Source: an uncultured Azospirillaceae bacterium (GTDB lineage Bacteria > Pseudomonadota > Alphaproteobacteria > RF32 > CAG-239). Taken from it: a stretch of 64,000 bases of DNA. Each line of letters begins with the position of its first letter. The first letter of the stretch is position 1. The stretch spans positions 67,845 through 131,844 of the forward strand of contig CAYPFN010000001.1 in NCBI GenBank assembly GCA_964410325.1, written 5' to 3'. The position numbers and the translations under genes are program-made. Shown piece after piece: positions 59,906 through 64,000 of the stretch. The notes below the pieces were generated by a model. That model saw only the letters and a list, made by a program, of their open reading frames with translations. It had not been told where the DNA came from and made no database searches.

Positions 59906-60767
59906 GTGCTATCGGCTGGCGGTTTTTGTTTGTCAGAACGGTTAAAATTTTAACCAGCTCTTCTTTCATGTGAGATCGATCAACCACAACGTCAACCATA
60001 CCATGTTTTTTTAAATATTCGGCACGCTGAAAGTCATCCGGAAGTTTTTCGCGAATCGTCTGTTCAATAACACGGCGGCCGGCAAAGCCGATCATGCAAC
60101 CTTTTTCAGCTATGTTTATATCGCCCAGCATGGCAAAAGATGCGGAAACGCCACCGGTGGTCGGATCGGCCAAAATGGAGATGAAAGGAATCCCATGTTC
60201 TTTAAGCATGTTTACCGCTGCCGTTGTGCGCGCCATTTGCATTAAAGATAAAATACCTTCCTGCATACGTGCGCCACCGGATGATGCGACTGTAATCAGC
60301 GGAATTTTCTTTTTTAATGCCAATTCGGCAGCTGTAACAATGCCTTCGCCGACAGCAGTACCCATTGAGCCGCCCATAAAAGAAAAGTCCATAACCGCTA
60401 CAACCGAATCGATACCGCCGATTTTGCCGGAGGCCACTTTAATAGCATCTTCACTGCCAGTGGATTTTCGATAAGTGCGCAAACGATCGGTATAACGCTG
60501 CGAGTCTTTAAATTTCAATGGGTCATCAATCATTTCTGGAAGGATAATTTCATGATATTTTTCATTGTCAAATAACATTTTCAGGCGTTTGTCGACATAC
60601 AAACGCAGATGATGCCCGCAAGAAGTGCAGACATACATAGATTTTTTTAGTTCCTTGGAAAACAGCATCTGATTACAGGCCGGACATTTGACCCATAAAT
60701 TGTCGGCAATTTCCTTAGGCGTCGTCTTTTGAATTTTGGGACGAACAATATCGGTAAACCAATTCAT
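59901..60767 (-). CDS. accD: Acetyl-CoA carboxylase carboxyltransferase beta subunit
   Basis: Zn-ribbon CPACNQ...CTSCGHH; carboxyltransferase domain (GGSMG, ADPTTGGVSASFA). Confidence 0.9.
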   Translation of the reverse strand: MNWFTDIVRPKIQKTTPKEIADNLWVKCPACNQMLFSKELKKSMYVCTSCGHHLRLYVDKRLKMLFDNEKYHEIILPEMIDDPLKFKDSQRYTDRLRTYRKSTGSEDAIKVASGKIGGIDSVVAVMDFSFMGGSMGTAVGEGIVTAAELALKKKIPLITVASSGGARMQEGILSLMQMARTTAAVNMLKEHGIPFISILADPTTGGVSASFAMLGDINIAEKGCMIGFAGRRVIEQTIREKLPDDFQRAEYLKKHGMVDVVVDRSHMKEELVKILTVLTNKNRQPIAQ

Positions 60768-60780
60768 TTTTAATTATCAC

Positions 60781-61176
60781 CTATTCTTCATTATTTTTAT
60801 TAAACGAGAAAAAAGCAGCCAATTTTTGTTTAAAAGGAACGGAAGGTTTCAGAGTTTCTTTTTGTTTTAAATTTTCAATGTTTTCCTGAAGGCTGGATAC
60901 TTTCTCATGCAATTTTTCATGCTCTTTGTTTAAAGCTTTATTAGTCTTTTTTTGCTGGCGAAGCTGTGCTCGGAGCGGCGCGTTGGATACAAAGGCGTCG
61001 AAACGTCCGAGCAAATAGCCGGCAAAAAACAATATCAGGATTAAAACGCTTAAAGAAACCGTAATGTCCAAATTAAAAGGTTTTAAATTGAACGTAGCAA
61101 AATCATTGTTGATGACAGCAAAAATAATAACAATGATAATCAGCGGAATTTCAATTAATCTTCTGATAAAATTCAT
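60781..61176 (-). CDS. lapA: LapA-like (DUF1049) inner-membrane protein
   Basis: Two N-terminal TM helices with an NNDxxTFN motif, then a coiled-coil tail; conserved position downstream of ihfB. Confidence 0.55.
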   Translation of the reverse strand: MNFIRRLIEIPLIIIVIIFAVINNDFATFNLKPFNLDITVSLSVLILILFFAGYLLGRFDAFVSNAPLRAQLRQQKKTNKALNKEHEKLHEKVSSLQENIENLKQKETLKPSVPFKQKLAAFFSFNKNNEE

Positions 61177-61243
61177 TTTTAAAGCCTCCCTGGTTCAAGC
61201 ATGATCTTCGGCAGGATTTTCCTCTTAATTAAAGGTTAGGAAA

Positions 61244-61525
61244 TTATTTGCCGTTTAGCATTTCATGCAGTTCTTTTCCGGTTTTAAAATGTGCAATGTT
61301 ACGCTCCTCAACCTGTACTTTAGCACCGGTGCGCGGATTTTTGGCAATGCGTGGCGCGCGTTTGCGGACGGAGAATGCTCCGAAACCGCGGAATTCTACC
61401 CGATCGCCTTTTGCCAGCGCTTCGATAATCCGATCTAAAACGACGTTAACGATTCTTTCCACGTCTCTTAACATAAGATTAGGATTTTTTTGTGCGATTT
61501 TTTCAATTAATTCTGATTTAGTCAC
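61244..61525 (-). CDS. ihfB: Integration host factor beta subunit
   Basis: 93 aa; [11 protein letters not shown]..., [24 protein letters not shown] (HU/IHF arm). Confidence 0.9.
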   Translation of the reverse strand: MTKSELIEKIAQKNPNLMLRDVERIVNVVLDRIIEALAKGDRVEFRGFGAFSVRKRAPRIAKNPRTGAKVQVEERNIAHFKTGKELHEMLNGK

Positions 61526-61612
61526 GTCTTCCTCGTATTTAATTTATTGTTAAAACATTTAATCACTTTATAAAAAGTACTTTTATTTTTCGGATATTTC
61601 TACCGTTATTTT

Positions 61613-62281
61613 TTATTTTACACAGACATCCGGCGCTTTTAAATATAAAGGTTTCGGAAAGTCTATGTTTTTATTATCGTATTTATTTATGCCGATAAGT
61701 GCCAGTTTGTCAATAGGCGGATTTAAAGGCATTTTCACAGCATGCAGGTTTAATCCACTCGGACGGCTTAAAAAACGCTCGGTGCCGTCGCCAGTAAGAG
61801 TTGCTTTTTTGTTGTTTAAATTATGGACAATATCTTCATAGAAAGCGGTCTTCGGCGGTTCAAGTTTGTTTAGCTGACGATCATAATATTGTACGTAATA
61901 GTCTTCACGCTTGGTTTCAATCAAAGCAACATTTATCTCCGCCAACTCATCAGGGGCAATGTCTGCGGCATAGGCATCAAAAGCGGAAACGCCGCAGACA
62001 GCCACCTCGGGGCAGGCTAAAGCAAAAGCCCGGGCGGCGGCAATGGATGAACGGACGCCGGTGAATGATCCTGGTCCGGTACAGACAACGGCCAGTTGCA
62101 GATCTTTGAATTGTAAGCCACGGTTTTCCAACAAGGTGCCGATGGCGGGAATTAAGGCTTCGGCTTGCCCGAAATCCATTTCTTTTATATATGAAGTTAT
62201 TTTTGTACTGTTCTCAAACAGTGCTACCGAACAAAAATTAACCGTTGTGTCAAAAGCCAGTGTGAACATTTTATCAACCAT
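61613..62281 (-). CDS. tsaB: tRNA threonylcarbamoyladenosine biosynthesis protein TsaB (YeaZ)
   Basis: LAFDTT...GPGSFTGVRSSIAAARAFALA motif, 222 aa. Confidence 0.8.
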   Translation of the reverse strand: MVDKMFTLAFDTTVNFCSVALFENSTKITSYIKEMDFGQAEALIPAIGTLLENRGLQFKDLQLAVVCTGPGSFTGVRSSIAAARAFALACPEVAVCGVSAFDAYAADIAPDELAEINVALIETKREDYYVQYYDRQLNKLEPPKTAFYEDIVHNLNNKKATLTGDGTERFLSRPSGLNLHAVKMPLNPPIDKLALIGINKYDNKNIDFPKPLYLKAPDVCVK

Positions 62282-62372
62282 CTGAAAAAATTAAATTGCG
62301 TATTTACTTTTATAATATAGAATCTACAAACAAACAACTGTTATTTCATTTAATTTAAGTTGAGATAAACGT

Positions 62373-64000
62373 ATGGATGATGATGTGTTAAGGAATATGC
62401 TTTATTTCTGCCTGGTCGGTGGCGTGGTTCTGGTTGCTCTGCTGACGTCTTTGCAGGTAACAATCGCCCGTTTAAAACAAAAAAATTATTTTTTGAATCG
62501 TGACCGCGAACGTTATGCCGAAACGCTTTATGCGTCAAAAGACGGTTATTTTGCCTTTATTTATCCAGATGAACGCATTAAAGATCCGCGCCGTACGGTT
62601 CGGGAACGTTGTTCCCGGCGCCTGGCCGTTATGCTTAATCTGCCAAACGGTATTCAGTCAAGCTTTGATGATGTTTTGGCTTGTTTTTATAAAGATGACG
62701 CTAAGAAAATTCGCAAATATCTGACTTTGATGCAGGAGGAAAATATTCCGTTTGAGGATGTCTTTGCCCTTAAAACCGCGGAACGTAGTATTAATATTTT
62801 CGGCGGGCGCATCAACGGTGCAGATGGAAATTTGTATTGCGATATGCTATGGTTTCGGGATTTGAGTTCAGAAATGCTGAAAATAAAAGAGCTGGAAAAT
62901 GAAAAAATGCAGTATCGGCAGCGTTTGCACCGCTTGGAAGATATGCTAAATAATTTTGTGGCACCGATATGGTTACGCGATGAACAATTAAATATTGTTT
63001 TAGCTAACCGAAAGTATGCGGAGGTTGCTGGCATAAACGACATGGACGCAAATTCTCAACCGATTGAAACAAATGCAGTTGTTTTGGAAAAAATTTCCCG
63101 CCAGCTGGCAGATGTCGCCCGCCAGACCAACAAAACCCAGAAAGGTGATATAAATTTGGCCGTTTGTGGTGAGGCCAGGCGTTTTGAGGTTTCCGAAACG
63201 CCGTTTCATGCCGATGGAAATCTGGATAAAATTTATACGGTCGGTATACTTGTCGATACAACAGAATTGGATACTATCAAACGGACTTTTAAAATCCATC
63301 AGAATGCCCATTTGGATGTTTTGGCCGCTTTAGGGACGGCTTTTGCCATTTTTGACTTACGGCAAAAATTGGTTTTTTATAATAAATCTTTTCTGAATTT
63401 ATGGGAACTAAATGCTGATTTTTTAGATAATAATCCGACCTATGCTGAGTTTTTGGATAAAATCCGTGACAGTCGCTTGTTGCCAGAAGTTAGTGATTTT
63501 AGGTCTTATAAAGCCGATGAAGAACGGCTTTTTGGCGGTTTAATCGAATCTCGGGAAGATTTGCTGCATATTCCGGATGGCCGCACTTTTCGTCGAGTGG
63601 TGGCTTCACATCCCAATGGTTTGATTTTTGCCTATGAAGATGTTTCCGATCGGTTGGCGGCGACACGGATGATTAATGAATTGTATTCGGTGCAGCAGAA
63701 TATTTTGGATAATGTGCGTGATGCCGTTATAGTTTTCGGGGCAGATCAGCGTTTAAAATATTTTAACCGCAGTTATAAAAAACTGTGGAAAGCCAACGAT
63801 GCCGAATTGCGTAATTTGCCGAATTTGGCGGAAGTTTTGGAAATGCAAAAACCGTATTTCAACAATTCGGACGGCTGGGATAGTCTTAAACAAAATATGC
63901 TGGGGCATATCTTAAATATTTGTTCACGTTTCAGGTTGGAAAGGAACGACGGTCTCCAGATTGAAGCTGTGCCGGCAATTTTATCGGATGAGTCGATTAT
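62373..64000 (+). CDS. Multi-PAS-domain sensor protein (probable histidine kinase), N-terminal part; runs off the right edge
   Basis: Open frame from the ATG at 62373 to the window end (over 540 aa) with an N-terminal TM helix and repeated PAS-like segments. Not in the ORF table because it is incomplete. Confidence 0.45.
   Translation, partial: MDDDVLRNMLYFCLVGGVVLVALLTSLQVTIARLKQKNYFLNRDRERYAETLYASKDGYFAFIYPDERIKDPRRTVRERCSRRLAVMLNLPNGIQSSFDDVLACFYKDDAKKIRKYLTLMQEENIPFEDVFALKTAERSINIFGGRINGADGNLYCDMLWFRDLSSEMLKIKELENEKMQYRQRLHRLEDMLNNFVAPIWLRDEQLNIVLANRKYAEVAGINDMDANSQPIETNAVVLEKISRQLADVARQTNKTQKGDINLAVCGEARRFEVSETPFHADGNLDKIYTVGILVDTTELDTIKRTFKIHQNAHLDVLAALGTAFAIFDLRQKLVFYNKSFLNLWELNADFLDNNPTYAEFLDKIRDSRLLPEVSDFRSYKADEERLFGGLIESREDLLHIPDGRTFRRVVASHPNGLIFAYEDVSDRLAATRMINELYSVQQNILDNVRDAVIVFGADQRLKYFNRSYKKLWKANDAELRNLPNLAEVLEMQKPYFNNSDGWDSLKQNMLGHILNICSRFRLERNDGLQIEAVPAILSDESI

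Noticed and set aside
62687-63311. Minus-strand ORFs of 118, 103 and 85 aa
   Set aside because: Antisense to the long plus-strand PAS-sensor frame that runs from 62373 to the window end.

Overview
AT-rich (about 40% GC) alphaproteobacterial chromosome segment, Rhizobiales-like in gene order and Bartonella-like in composition. No rRNA operon, CRISPR array, IS element or prophage is visible. Most of the window is conserved housekeeping: partial ileS, grpE, lptG-lptD-surA-rsmA, pyk, glgP, tolC, valS, cca, lpxI-lpxB, comEC, xseA, uppP, ftsY, mtaB-like, pgpA, mltG, accD, ihfB, tsaB. Four tRNA genes (Arg-ACG, Leu-CAG, Val-GAC, Val-CAC) and several intrinsic terminators are present. Accessory or unusual content: (1) a complete Type I restriction-modification locus hsdM-rhuM-hsdS-hsdR (44.3-51.3 kb) directly 3' of tRNA-Leu, with higher GC than its surroundings and a 12-bp tandem repeat in the hsdS spacer; (2) a Lon-like AAA+ protease divergently paired with two membrane-anchored TPR/coiled-coil proteins (34.5-40.1 kb); (3) a highly cysteine-rich secreted protein (25.7-26.5 kb); (4) tandem paralogous DMT (EamA-like) transporters beside an eroded ABC ATPase pseudogene; (5) an unusually long GT5 glycogen-synthase-like gene plus glgP, with no glgC or glgB in the window; (6) a 107-aa protein carrying the PopZ N-terminal motif between tolC and valS; (7) a cca gene with a degenerate HD motif and a 3' direct repeat spanning its stop codon. 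All family assignments rest on motifs read from the translations and should be confirmed by HMM or BLAST searches.
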